DNA of 64,000 nucleotides from assembly GCF_964204645.1 (NCBI RefSeq), contig NC_134031.1, positions 16,541,807 through 16,605,806 of the forward strand, in the 5' to 3' direction. This stretch comes from Tubulanus polymorphus. Its lineage: Eukaryota > Animalia > Nemertea. Under the pieces are notes generated by a model that saw only the letters and a list, made by a program, of their open reading frames with translations, did not search any database and was not told where the DNA came from. Position numbers and translations under genes: made by a program. Positions 12,655-46,720 of the stretch are shown piece by piece (the first letter of the stretch is position 1; each line of letters opens with the position of its first letter).

Positions 12655-13197
12655 ATGGAAGTTACGCGGCTTTGGATGCAGAAAATCAGCCGAGCCCGAC
12701 ACAAATACAACAAGGCGCGTAAACAAATGCAGATATTAAACCGACAATTGGATCATCTAGAAACGCGTTACAAACGTTCGCTAGTCACGAAATGCCACGC
12801 ACGCCATTACAGCCTACGACAAAAACTGTCGATTATCGCCGGCGTGCATATGATGTTTCAAAAATACGCCGATACCAAGAGTGAAGAGATCGCGCAATTA
12901 TTACGGCAAGCGACGAATTTCCGAAGTGCCGATTTTACGTGGCCGCGTATCGGCGTCAATCGCCATTATTCGAACAGAGTCGGATATTTAAGCGACGAAG
13001 ACGAGCTGCTTTTTCTGGTGCCGAACGCCGTGTTAGTACTTCCTTCGTCGTCCAGTTCTCAAAGTTATAATAACGCGATCACGAATTCGGCGCCGCGAAA
13101 TCATCAACCGACGTCGACGAGTAATTCGGTTGATTCAGCGGAAAGCGATAATTCTGTGACTGAAAACGGCCAGAATACGGGTGCAAGTTTTCAATAA
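12655..13197 (+). CDS. Uncharacterised 180-aa protein: basic helical/coiled-coil N-terminal half, Ser/Asn-rich tail
   Basis: Intact ORF with ATCATGG start context, preceded by a strong acceptor (tttgttttgtag, 12614) and a donor (ctg|gtaagc, 12259), followed by AATAAA at 13843 and 13965. No family recognised with certainty. Confidence 0.75.
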   Translation: MEVTRLWMQKISRARHKYNKARKQMQILNRQLDHLETRYKRSLVTKCHARHYSLRQKLSIIAGVHMMFQKYADTKSEEIAQLLRQATNFRSADFTWPRIGVNRHYSNRVGYLSDEDELLFLVPNAVLVLPSSSSSQSYNNAITNSAPRNHQPTSTSNSVDSAESDNSVTENGQNTGASFQ

Positions 13198-13217
13198 ACG
13201 ATTTGAAATTGTGAATA

Positions 13218-13390
13218 CGGTAGAACACGCTTAATTTGGATGACTAGGGACTGCCTAGATATCTTCGAATTAAGTAAGATTCGACTTATAAATAATAGTT
13301 TACGTGGTTCCGGGTTTAAACGGCCCACATATTTCATCCGAATTAAGTGAAAATCTGGATTGAAAAATCCAAATAAAGCCAGTTCTACTG
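13218..13390. mobile_element. Tc1/mariner (pogo/Tigger-like) MITE in the 3'UTR of the orphan gene
   Basis: TA|C(G/A)GTAGAAC..GCTT.ATTTGGAT TIRs with TA duplication. Confidence 0.75.
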
Positions 13391-14559
13391 TATGTTCATT
13401 CGGTGATGGCTCTTTTGGCCTTCCTGAAAAAATTATACCTCCAGCTTAATATCGATTATTCGAATTTTATAAACGCTAGGTTTTTCAAGTTTTATTTCAT
13501 TGAATCTCCTGAGAAACTTGGCATTTATTGAATAATGAGGTATGTTTGTAATGGATATCATAAGTCCAGTAAGTGTAGTATTATGAATCCCGGCTTAAAA
13601 TGTTTGGTTTGTTGTGAATCAAAGTTCGGCTGTAATGTATAAACGTTTAACCTCCATTCAGGCCAAGTCATAAGGCGTGAAATTGTATACATGATCTACC
13701 TGTACTGTAGGCACCTCGTATTGTCGTTTGTTCTGCGAAGCAAACCTGACACCGACATTTGATACGCTTAGATATTCCTAGCGAGTACATAGTTCATTTT
13801 GGTCGGATTCAACCATCTGATCGTTTGCCAATTAGGCGACGAGAATAAAACGTTTTTTTTATATTGTGATATTTTCTGTTTTGGTAATTTCTTTTATCTT
13901 ATTCAGTTTTATATTATTTTGTGAATCCTGAGCAATGCGTAAATGTAATTGTTATGGCTGTTGTAATAAATGAAATATCAAATATTCCAAAACTTTGTTT
14001 TGTTACTATGAACTACTTCAGCGTCTCTCAAGGACAGTGCTTGGCGCTTATATTGTTAACAAGGTTTGCTGCGCATATATTAAATTTCTTAAGAATTCTG
14101 TAATTACATCAATTTGAAATATGTAGGTAAAAATTAAGTTATTCGCTTTGAATCTTATCGCGAACTACACAGTGAATGGACAATTAGGGCAACCAGTGTC
14201 CATTGACTGGGTATATATACCAATGAAGTGATGGCTATTATTCCGAACATGATGCAGATGTCTCAGTTGCAGCTGCTTTGCGCGTTAACTGAAATCAGAA
14301 TAAATCCCTGGTTTTGCAACATTATCATGTTATGGATTCCTTCAATTTATCCAACTGATGTGGGTACAGATATCATGTAACCGGTATCATAATATCAGGT
14401 TCAAACTTTGAAATGCTTTTGAACTTTGCCTTTATTTTATATCAGAGGTGACCCAGAAATTTGTTAGTTTTGCGGCCGAATCGTCATCTCACGCGATCCC
14501 TTCCTCTGTAGTCTCAAAAATTAAGATAATTTCAAAATATTGCAGGTCACATACCTTGT

Positions 14560-17500
14560 ATTTTTTATTCATATAGGCATAATAACACAAACAAAATATT
14601 TACCGAAGGCCCTTCTCATTATCAGTAGTACAAACAGGTCTTCGACTTTCCATTAAATTAATAATATTTAAGTTGATTTTACTGGCATGGTGTACACACA
14701 TCAATAACCTATGCTAAGGCATAACAGCTAGGGTTCACATAACAGAAGATTCTGCCTTGATTTAGAATTTTAAAAAGAAAATAACACGATTAGCGATAAA
14801 ACTTGCTGAATGCTGCAAAGTATACCCAAGTCGGTAAAATTTGACGAATGATCATGTTTCTACAAATCGGCTAAAATCGAAATATGCATGTTCTTTAAAA
14901 TTGGATTCTACACACTAACAAAGGGATACTCACCGTCGATGTGAATCGTTCTCAAACCGATTAAAACAAAAACATTTCGTACGAAAACGAAACGGCGAAT
15001 CTCGATTCATCGAAGATAAACATATAAATCTGATAAGAAGAGAATTATGCTGCACAAAAACCTCATTCAGTCTTATACATATACATATATATTCTTTCAT
15101 GGCACATGATTTTTCTACTAATTCATTCATCATTCAAACAAACGTGTTGAGTTGAAGAAGCTCTGTACAAAAATATACAGACTTACTGTTGCTTACAAGA
15201 ACCGACAGTCTTCGTAAACTGGGTATCATCGCTACGAACCGCCTGCGCTGAGGGCAATAATAAAACCTCAAAATCTATCCTACTAACTTGACATCGAACT
15301 ACTACAGATTTTATCATTAATTTTAGAGTCGAGGCTGATAAAATCGACGATGTTCAGAAACGCGGCCGACTTCTCAAGTCAAATCGAGATATTGTACGAC
15401 GGCGAAAAAAGACAGATTGTTCAATGATTACAGTTGGAGGCACCGAGTGAAAGTTGTACTACATGTTATCATAACGAGTTATCATAATATATATCAAAAA
15501 CACGATTCATGATTTTTAAAACGTTTGTGACTGAAATGAACAATCAATCGAATTTTTACGCCATAACTACACGACCAATATATAAAACACACACGTAACA
15601 ACTAAGAAAGTGTTCGTCCGTCTGTCGGACAATTCGGTTGTCGATGCTAGATTCAATTTATTTACTAAATCGTCTAGAATGAATGCGATTTGAATTTCAG
15701 ATCTAGTTCAATATCTATCATCTTTGAGATCGAAAAATTCCAACAAGGAGTGAATAATCGTGAAATAATGACGTTTCACGTCTTAGAATTTACTAGATGT
15801 ACACATGTCGTGAACGTGGAGCATAAAAATAAGTTTACCTTCAGTTTCTAATAATTGGCGGAAATAGAGTAAAAACTTTTAATCAATCGTAGTATGCTCG
15901 TAACAACTTTGATTCAATTTCAATAATGCATACATCGTAATCGGTATTCAGTTCATTCAAAGAAATTGACAAACAATTTAATCAGCGGCATCAAAAATAC
16001 TTCATGGGTTGGTATTTATAAGGCATTTATTAATGTTGGGATTGCCAAGCCTCGTGTTGTAGACCACTTAAATCGATGACTTTTCTAAAATTAAATGACA
16101 ACATGATGGCAAATTCATTATCTTAACAAGTTCTTCCCGTAAATCCCTGATGAATACTTTTTTCAACAAGTTGCCAATTTCGATGGCGCGCAAGCAATCA
16201 ATCTAATTGATCGTATATACCTGTACTTCGACTGCGTAGAACTTATAGGTGGGCGTGATGGACCTAGGTTATGGAATATACCTGGCCAAACAATGTCAAA
16301 AGAGTACAATAGATCCCCAAAAAACAATGTCAACAACTCCTCAAATGAATGTACTAAGTCACTTAAACCTCCCTTAGATTAGATTTCATACGTCTGCCAT
16401 TTGTAAGCAGTTTTAAAATCATTGATAAAGAAGGACAAAACCTTTGAATTACTGAGCGTTATGGCGACGAATCAACCGAGTTCAACACAAATCTCAGGCA
16501 AATAATGTCACGCTGTTCACATTTCTTGACGGAATCATATGTCTCGGGTTCTAAGTTTTCGGTTTGAGTTTTTTTCGAGAACAATCAGAATGTAATGTGA
16601 TTATACCGACGACACAGACTAAAAACATGACATTTAAACTATCCCATTTATCCTCCGTCGCTCTGAATGTTCCATATCGTATTACACATTCCATCCTATG
16701 AACAACTTTTTAAATTTTCATTGCTAAAAGACACCGCATTTTACACCAACCATCTTTTACTTCAAAACAAATCGAAATTACTAAATATTTTACCGAACTT
16801 ACAGACCGAAACCCCTGGATAGTAACTTGAAATGACTAAACACTCCCTTGGAAAACTCACTTCCAACTATGCTTATAATAATGATGAACAGAACTTTGAA
16901 TTTCAATCTCGATAGCCATAAAAACAATATTCGTCGCATGGTAGCTAGTTACCCCTATTACATCGGTTTATACATGATCAAATTTTTTTTCAGAGCATTC
17001 AGAATGCAATCTATAATTCAACAAAAAAGAATTCTTCTGGAAAATCTTGGTCACCCGTCATTATATCAACGCAAATCTATTCACTCAGTTGAAGAATTGA
17101 AATCAAATGAGGCCACCAGAAACGAAGCAGACGTGTTAAATGTGTACAGCCAAATCAAACTAAATCACCAGCAGATGAACAGATGAATAGAGAATGACTG
17201 CCTGAAGTCATTTTTGATTTTTGAATGGATCCAATGGTGACTACCGGGTAGTCAAATTGGCAATTGAGCCACCTTTAGTGACTATTGATAATTGAGATTA
17301 GTATTCCTATTCTATGGTTCTTATTCAGAAGAAATGCCAAAAAATTTCAACAACTAATACTAGTCGTTGTTACGGTTCCCTAATAGGAACAACGGCTTGG
17401 TACTAGACTACAACCAATACCTAATAGGGCCTTCCAGTTTAAACTTGATGCTGTTCTTTCTAACTCCGTAGATATTGAAAATTTGAAGTAACCTGAATAG

Positions 17501-19381
17501 CAAGCAAATCAAAGATTGAAGTTTCACTCTTTCATAAAACTGGAACGAGGGGTGGAATTTCATAGCAAAAACAATCAAATTGTAGAACAAACCTCATCTA
17601 AACATCTATATCATCTGCTGAATGAGTAAATGTATTTCAATAATTTGCAGAGAATCACGATATCGATGGCGAATTTAGCTTTAGCTGTACATGTTATACG
17701 CCGCAAGTTAAAAAAGACCGTTGTTTATCGTCTTGGCCGAGGACACAATGAAACTGTATATCTTCAGAATTATCATTAAACAACACACTAACAACATAAC
17801 AAAACATTATATATCATCTGAACATACAATCATGTACATGGCCATCCGGGAAATTACATAACCATTACTGCTTACCTTTAATGTACACTAACAGCCATCC
17901 ATCTTTATAAAATAATAATAATTATTATAATAATAACTATTTTCACTATCATCATCATCATCATCTTTATCATTAATAGTAATAAATTAAGACTTAAATA
18001 TATGACAAAAATCCATTCGTAGAAATATACAAAACAATATAGTGTACACACACATACATACAAGCATGCATGGGTTTTTAGTTAGTCAGATGGAAAGTTC
18101 ACATCAAAAAAGAAATGTGCGATTCCCGCCACAACAACTTCGCCGAAAATTGTGGCTGAGACAAAAAATACCTCGGTAAATACACAAACGATGAACAAAA
18201 CAGAACGATTACCATCGCGATAAATAACATTAGCACATTGTTCTAGCACTGTGTCGTGTGCAGCAACGGGAACATTTCGGTTCTCGGATCGCGGGCGGGC
18301 GCCCGTCGAGTCGACAGCTCAATGAGGTATATTAGATATATTCAGCAATATGTTCATCTACCTACTTTTCGCATCATATAAATATTTACATACTGCGCGT
18401 AGTGGTAGTTCTTGACAGAGAGAGAGAATGAGAGAGAGTTAGTTCTTTTAATTTACACGGATAATCGTAACAATGATATGCGTCGGTAACATATTGTATT
18501 TTTTGACTGCCGGTAATTTAAGAAAAAAAAAATGAGCTCCGATCGTTTCCCCAACATCGAAACACGAACAAATATACATATTCGACTATACATTCATATA
18601 GTTTGTTGCGCAATGCCAACATTATCAACAAAATCATTTTCTACGACTCGCTGATGGGAGGAGTGTCTGCGTAAATAGAAGGTTTTCACTAAACGACAAC
18701 GAAACAAAATAATCATCACATAACTTGATATTCTTTACTCCTATTCAATCTCAGAATTACATCACTTGTCCAGCACGACGCTTCTGGATTGATTTGTGCA
18801 ACGCAGAGAACTAATCACTTTTTTTTTCATTTTTGGTCAGTTTGTGCTTTGACGTACGGAATTCGCAATCTCAAACTTCAAACTTCGAATAGCCCAGCCG
18901 ATATATGCATTTTCTCTTTTTTTTGTAAGCCATAAGGCGAATACAACACATGAACATAAGGAACACAAAAACAATGGTTCTGGACTCGATTGGATGATTT
19001 TACGTTTACAATATCTAACTGAAATTCAACTTTGCGCTTTGTGTTAAAGGAATACTGGTCAAGATGATGAATTCAGTAATGGAACTCTCGACTAAGATCA
19101 GTCATGACTATACTGTTCTGACTTCTGTTCTGCTGATAAATGGTTCCTAGACCACACCTCGAATTGCACACGGATAGGCTTCCGAGTATGTACACATGTG
19201 AATAGGGACATCAGAGCATGTAGATGGAAAATGGGATCTCAAAATGAAATGCCCGAGGGCTGACGAAGCGAAGGACCAGAAGTATGTACAGTTATCGAAA
19301 AATCATACATTTTTCACTCGATTACTGAATACGATTTAAACCAATGATTGTCGATATGTATGAACGTATATATTAGAATTT
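14560..19381 (-). other. Putative ~4.8-kb 3'UTR of FTZ-F1
   Basis: No credible ORF or splice pattern, U-rich on the minus strand, few transposon fragments, minus-strand AATAAA at 14564-14569. True end is inferred. Confidence 0.5.
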
Positions 19382-39304
<19,923 letters not shown>

Positions 39305-41434
39305 CTTTCTGACTTAATATATCGTCCGGGCCGGACCGAAGTGGCCCATTTTTAAATCCTAGAAATCCAGTAAAAAATCCTTCGTCGCTCGTTCGATTTT
39401 CCTCGCAATCTCTCTACTCAGGCTGCAAGGTGCCCGATAGTCGTGCGCATGCGCGTGTCAATTACCCACGCGTGACGTTAATTGGGTCAATTAACAAATG
39501 TAAACAGCTGAGTGAGCCGCTCGAAAAATCACTTCACATCGATGTTAATTTCTGTGCTAGCAGAGAAAATCCTCAAATCGCAATAAATGAACAAAACACA
39601 AAATATTCGTCATTTAAATGTTTTTTTTTTATTTTCAGGTTTTGTCAATAATCCATTGTTGTTTTATTAAGGGATGTTTTCAAACAACCCCAGTGTTTTC
39701 AACATAAAATTCATAGAATCGGTTCACAAGTCAATACTTGGTTTAAAAGTCAAGTCAAACTCGAAAAATGGAAGGAATGGTTGGATATTAATGCAATCGA
39801 GAGAAAAAATTAACTGGCCAAAATGGTTCATACATGAACTAGTACAATCCTCACATAGCAGCAAGCACAACAATTCTTTTACTAATAAATTCCAACCCGC
39901 AGGCAGGTTTTATTTTAGTTTGATGACCATTGAACAGTCGGCGCAACCACATCACAGGTACAATATTCTTCAACTAAAGCATGGACTCTATATCAAGATA
40001 GGAGAAAATGGTATTACGAGATAAAATGGGCCTAAAATTTAACGCACGCATGCATGAATCAAATATTTGTTGTAAAATGGGTTCTGAAAATAGGATCAGC
40101 TATACACACACTAGTTGCGGCAGCAGAATAAACTGAATTCAGAATCCAACCAGAAAAACAGGTGACACGTCAAACATGCCGAGCGAAGTGAAAAATATAT
40201 TTGAATATCGTTCTCGACAGAATTCATCATCTTAAAAACTCACAAAATTGACATTGATCGTCGCTGATGTATGCAGACATAAGGGCTTTTTTTACTACTT
40301 TGAGTACGGATCTGCCACCTGGCATTCTGCCAAGAACATCAAATAAAAAAAAAGTAAAATAATTTCTTTTGTCAAGGTGGTTTTCGATGATCTAAAAAAT
40401 TTTTCCCAGCTATTTTTGCCTTCAATTTTGATATAATGAATAATTTTCATCATGAGGTTTTCATCAAGGTTAAAAGAAATTTTTCATGTTATTTTCGCCT
40501 TAATTCTCTTTACAGAACTAATGTCTGAATTTCAATTTTTTCCCTATTCCCTGGCATTCATTTAAAAACACCTGTAATTGAAAAACGTTTTTGATTCTCT
40601 TTTCCAATCGCCCTTATGCCGTAATTATTTCCTTCAAAAACAAGCACTCGAAGTAGTTAAAAAGGCCTTACAGTATTATGTCCTTCGTAGACTTGAAATT
40701 ACACAGTAAAACTACAGACACGTATCCCTTACGTATCCCTTTCAAACGGTGAAAAATAAATACCTTATATATTAACACTCCTAGAACGACCAGACCGAAT
40801 ACCATTCATACGAGTTCATGCTTTTATTTGAAAAAAGAAAAGAAATGAACGTCGAATTTGAAAACGAGTTTCAAATTTTCAAGTTTCGGTTCGAATCTTT
40901 CTAACTTATCGAGGGTCGACGATGATCGATTGATAGAATCAAGTACGTCAAAAGGATGTTAATATTCAGTAGGCCCAGATGATGTAGATACATTCGTGAA
41001 TTACAATAATTCAATCCTTTTTCTCTCTCTCTCTCCCTCTCACTCTCACTCTAATTTAGGCTCGTAGAAGAGCAGCTATTATACATTGACTTCAATATTA
41101 CGCTAGTACAAATTCATATTATAATATCCGGCTTCACAAAGCTATTACATATTGAACGCATATATACACACATCTGGTATATACAAGCTTATTTACATTA
41201 TGTTAAAATTGGTCCACTTATCACTTCATTTACTACTATTTTCTAAATACATTATTCATAAGGACATAAGAAATGCAGTCAGTCGATAATAAATATGCGA
41301 ACATGATATAATGTCATAGATTTAAATTATTACCCATATTAATTCATATTTTTTTCATCCGCGATTTTCAATTGTCGGCTCGAATGGAGTCGCGATCGAA
41401 TAAAAGCCGTTCCTCGTTACGCAGTTTGGTTCAT

Positions 41435-44400
41435 TCACGACGCGGCCGTGTTCGTTTTGAGAAGTTCCATCAGCAAACTGAACGACGACACCTCGGCCGG
41501 CAAATCTTTCTGCGCTAACAGTTCTTTGCCCATCATGCTCGTGCGCGCGAGCTCCGGCAAACGAAGCAGCAGTTCGCCGAATTTGTTGCTGCGGTGCGGG
41601 TAGTGCGTGGAAGTGTACAGCATCAACGCGTCGGTGACTTTCTCCTGATAGTCGCGCACGCTGTCGATATCCTTCAATCCTTTCATATCTAGCCGGAAAA
41701 CAAAAAAAAAAAAAAGCGTGATAAAAAATCAACGATAGCTGGAAAACAAACAAAAAAAAAAGCGTGATAAAAAATCAACGATCGTTTTAATGCGTCGACC
41801 ACCAGGGCGAACTTCGGTTATCAGAGTTCGTTGATTATTAACCAACTAATAGAAACCGAACGTCAGTCGTTAGTCGGAACTACAGCGCAGAAATCGTCGA
41901 CCACAGGATTGGGCACGGTCTATATAGTTTGGACCGCGTATCGTCTGGATCCCTAAATCAACAGAGCATTTTCCGGGGGAATAAATCAACAAACAACACA
42001 GGTGGGCCACTTTTATAAGACTTGTTTTTCCCCTGACACGCACGTTGTTATAACTGACTTGATCTGCTAAGAATCCAATCAATTAACACAGTCAAATAGA
42101 TAAGACATAGACAGAAACCGTTTCATTATACGTGTGACCAAGCAATCTCAACTAATTTCCCTGACTTTTCCCTGATTTGTAGCTATTTTGTTACAAAAAT
42201 CCCCGACTTTTCCCCGATTCCCAGGAAAATGACCACCTTGGAGCAGGTTAGCAGGTTACGATCATTGCGAGCAAACTAAACAGCACTCAAACTTACCCGG
42301 AGACATCAGAATGAGAACTTTGAGACAAGCGAACTCGTGCATATCTAACTGTATTCTGTGAAGATATTCGGTCAAATCCATCATGCGATTGACAATCTCG
42401 ACAGCTCCCAGTTCACGCGCCATCTCTAAATCTATCGACCGACTATTGAAAATAGAGAGTTAATGAACATATGAAACCATCTACAATTCCTCATTGTTCA
42501 TTACACGAAAATCGGCGAAATGAAACCATCTATCTGTACCTGTATGATAGCTTGATTTCATTAGGAGTTTGTAAAGACCTCCAGCAACAATCTAAACATA
42601 ACAATTCAGCCCAGCAGTTCTGTAACAGTAATATTTGATCGTCCGTCTGCAATGGAACGAACAACAAAAGTGAATCACTTAGAATCACAATATCATCATC
42701 TGTCGGACTCAATAAAACCCACAGAAATTTTCACAAAACAGACAAGGTGGCAATTTGTCCAATTTACAAATTCTCTTGAGTTTTGTAATGTTATGTTATA
42801 AGTTAACGCAAAATTGCTTATCTGCAGGTGAATATAGGAATCTTTTGGTTTGAAATGTTAAAATGAACCGATTTCTAATGAATCATGTGTTGATAAAAAG
42901 AATACATGGTCATATTAGTGAATCGCGGATATTAGTGAGTTTTCTAGGTTTTTTGGCAATTTTTGCCTTTCCCGAATTTTTCCCCGAACTTACCGAAATG
43001 ACGGCGAAATCGGGCAAACTGCGAGCCCAGCGCACGATCTTATACAAACGTTGATCGGCGAGTTGAAGAAGACTGGTGTAGAAATTATCGTCGGAGTTCG
43101 GCACGTCGTCCTCGTCCTCGGTGAGTAATGATTCCAAATTCATGATGTCGCTGACGAGCTGCGGCACGATCGGTTTCACACGGTCGAAGTCACCGCTCGA
43201 ACCGCTGTTGCCGCTGCGCGTATTGTTCAATATCGACGCTAACGATGTCTGCGGCGTCGTCGCGAACTCGGCGGCGACGACGCCACGACTCGGAGTTGAC
43301 GGCTCCGGTAAATTCGCACCGGCGCCGATCGTGCTCGGTCCGGCTTCCGGCGATCGGGATTGCACTTCCAAACGAACGTTTATTTCGCGATGATGAGGTT
43401 TTTCTTTCTCGGCAGGTGGCTGCGTTCTTTGAGAAACCGATTTCACTTTGCCGATTCGGGGCGAACAACCGTCGTAAATGCTGCGACCACCTCGAGATCG
43501 GTCTTCTCGAATTGCTATGAAAAAGAAGTTGATCGTTTAAGTTCTCATAACTAAACTGATCCAAAAAAGAAGTTTCAGTTTCATTTCTATATCATACGAC
43601 TGACAAATGTTTTCAAAGCCCATTTTAAGACAAATCTAACCTAATACCTAAAATAATACCCTGGATTATTAGCTTTGAACGACTCAATAACTGATGGTAC
43701 TTGAAATAGCAAACAACAGGTGACCATAGGATAACATGGCAAAAGGGTAAAAAAACATTTAAAATTTAAGTTTTTGCACTCTACTGATTCTGGAAAACTC
43801 CTAATGGCGCATTAATTTCGACCCATTCAAAAATAGCTAAATATGTAAATCTAATCAAAGCAACCGCTAGAGTTTGTAATCCTAATTTACTTTTCATCAA
43901 CGCGAATACGTACAATTGATATCTATCTAATTGCATCGAACTCTTTTTAATAAATTCAGCATTTTTATAATCATTTGCAAAAAAATCCCCAAAGAACAAA
44001 GTTTTTTTCTATACGGCAAGTGCCTCACTGACCTTGTACTTTCATTCCGGCATCGACACATTTCCTAAACCGACAAGCAGGACACTTTTTCCTACTGTGC
44101 ACGGTCACCTCGCAATCGTCGGCCCGATGACAGGCGAACACTTTCTTATTCTGAACGGTTCGTTTGAAAAATCCTTTACAACTTTCGCAACAGTAAACAC
44201 CGTAATGATACCCTGAAAAGTAACGAATATCTTTCTTTAATGGCACGATAAATGTGAAGCCGAAGACTTTGATCTACAATCGATAAGACGTGATTTTCAA
44301 GAAAAATGGTTGAAGAAAGTCTCTCTTGGCAAATGCTATGTGAAGTATAAATGTCGAATTTCGCAAATATTCCCTGGCTAGGTTAGAACATAGAATTCGG

Positions 44401-45767
44401 TTAGAACACCATTCATCAAATTCTCAAATACTTCTTACTACAAGACAAGATGAAATCGGCTCCAGGTGCTGCTGCACACGTTAAAGAGGATGCTTACAGA
44501 TCAGATACAAGTTGTAAAGGAGAAAATTTCTTATTTCGAGGAAGCATCTGTATCACTTTCATATCCCAACTAAGTAAACTCATCCTAAATCAGTACTGTT
44601 TATCTCACTAAACCATTTGTGGTTTTTTTTAGCAAATCATTATACAATACACTTATAAACTCGGTTTCTCATCCAGTAACTGCCTAATTGGGTGAAAAAA
44701 ATCCTGGTTAAAACTGTAATGACTTGTTTCTTACAGTGCAACTACAAACATTTCCAATTGCCTGTTTCTCAAAATTGAAGTTTTTAAAAAGTTTTGGGCA
44801 ATTTGTATCCAATAAATAGAGTTTTGAGCACTTTTAAGCATTTTCTATTTAGGTGTATTTAAGAAATCAAGGAGTGGTATGGATCCATAGCGATCAACAG
44901 CAATAGGATAAATCGGTGTGCGTTAAGCCGTTCATCCTTACCTGATACTTTATCCGCACAGATCGGACACGGTCCCATATCTTCAAACTGTTTCACGTAA
45001 TTCGACCACTGCGACGTTTTACCGCTGTCCCTCGTCGGTACGATATACGACGCTTCGCCGGCGTCGTTAATCAGCAGAACGTCAACGCCCTCGTACCGCG
45101 CGCGTTTACCCCCGCCGACGCCCAAGCCGCCGGTCTGCTGCTCGCTCAAACTCGGATCGCTATCGAACACGACCTCCGCGTTCGCGCCGATCTCGCCAGT
45201 CGTACGAGACTGCGTCGACGCGTCGTCCTCGTGCGTGAAGATGATGATCTGCTGTCCGTCGTCGGTGGCGCCGTGATCGCCGGCGCCGCCGTCGTGTTTC
45301 ACCGACCGAGTCGAATGGCCGCCTAAATGAAACACGCCGCCCGTACTCACGTCCGACCGCGGAACTTGAAACACGAGTTTTTTACTGTCGAGACCCGCGT
45401 CCGATACGTACATCTCGTGTGCGTGCGTCGTCGCATTTTCCTCATCGGCCGGTACGACCTCCCACTGCTGCATTTTACCGTCGGCGCGAGTTTCCGTTTT
45501 TAAAATCACCGGCCGCGAACCCCTCGGCCGCGCGGCGTGCGTCGACGCGACCGTTTCTTGCAGTACATACTGCTGCAATTCACCGCCATCGGCGTTAAAT
45601 TCGCCCGTCAGGTCGTTACGCTGAATTATGATATTTCCGTCGGTGTCGCAAAATACGACTTTGTTGGCGTCGTTGCCGCCCGAACCGCCTGGAGTCGACA
45701 GTTGATGGGTGATCGCCTGCAACAGAACCGGCGAAATACCAACCTCTGAGTTACATGTCGTAGCCAT
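41435..45767 (-). CDS. Hr39: Nuclear receptor HR39 / FTZ-F1 beta (NR5B); exons 45767-44942, 44212-44033, 43514-42994, 42646-42540, 42442-42297, 41688-41435
   Basis: [40 protein letters not shown]39-type extension [61 protein letters not shown]-2 FSLLMELL; phases consistent. 5'UTR intron 46594-45790. Confidence 0.93.
41999..42240. mobile_element. Dispersed TIR-type repeat, homologous to 26974-27312
   Basis: Same core sequence; ends caggtgggccact / tgaccaccttg. Confidence 0.7.
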
Positions 45768-46189
45768 TGTATTCTACATTTGTTCCCCGCTGAAAAAAAA
45801 TTGTGAAAAACAAATCAAATCGCAGAACAAATCCAGATTTTCTGAATTTTTGGTTGCTTTTGATATTTTTTCCTTTTGATTGAATTACGATACACTTACT
45901 ACTACAGTTTCAGTTGGATTTGGTGATTAAAAAATTCTATTGATCAATATATTATCCCCTTTCTAACTGATGAAACTAGTCTATAGCACTACCGTACCCG
46001 TTTCTTAATTCAATCAAAAAGGGAAAAAATATCAAAAAGCAAATTGACCAACTGTTAAAATCACCTCCAGCATTTAACGATTAATTAATTGAACTATCAA
46101 ATTATCTAAAAAGTTTTTGTGAGTCTTTTGCTCAAGTCTTTCTTTCTCCTGTCGCCTCAACATTTAACCTACTTGTATTTGTTTACATG

Positions 46190-46720
46190 TTCAATGTAAC
46201 CTTGAATGTGGAAGGCCAGTAACATAAGGACAAGGTCAGCTTCAAGGAATGTATATAAGAGCCGGCTAAATCAATCGGCAATTTTCAATTTCATCAGGAA
46301 TTTTAAGATAGTGAAAACTGATAATATAAAGTCGATAGCAATTAATAGGTATTTCGTAAAGAATTGGGGGCGTATTTGAAGATATTTTGACTTGATTCGG
46401 ACGACCACAACAAACGCCACCGATTGAGGCGCAAGGTCAGAGAAGAGAAGCGCGTGTGAAGAATGAAGCGCGGCGCAAACGAAAATGAACTCGAGGCGCG
46501 GTCTGACGAATTTCGCCCGTTCTGAACGCCTCGAAGCGCCCATTTTTAACCCGAAAATCAAAATACACACGTCGTCCGTCCTTTAGGTGCTTACCCGTCC
46601 AGAGATATCACCGATAGACACTCCGTTTCGAGTCTGTAAACGATAATCTGGAAATAAATAGTCGAAAAACGTCCGTGACCTTTTTCGATAAGAACAATTA
46701 AAATGGCGGCCGCTTTCTCT
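46190..46720. promoter_or_regulatory. HR39 first intron/promoter with clustered nuclear-receptor extended half-sites and a YY1 motif
   Basis: CAAGGTCA at 46231 and 46432, TCAAGGTTA (minus) at 46197-46205, TGACCTTT at 46676, AAAATGGCGGC at ~46700; minus-strand donor after 46595. Confidence 0.55.

Noticed and set aside
16848-17186. 112-aa plus-strand ORF
   Set aside because: Non-ATG start, AT-rich, no motifs; antisense to the inferred FTZ-F1 3'UTR.
41701-41783. Duplicated polypyrimidine tract creating a second HR39 acceptor at 41739
   Set aside because: Would add 50 nt and shift the frame; most likely a neutral local duplication.
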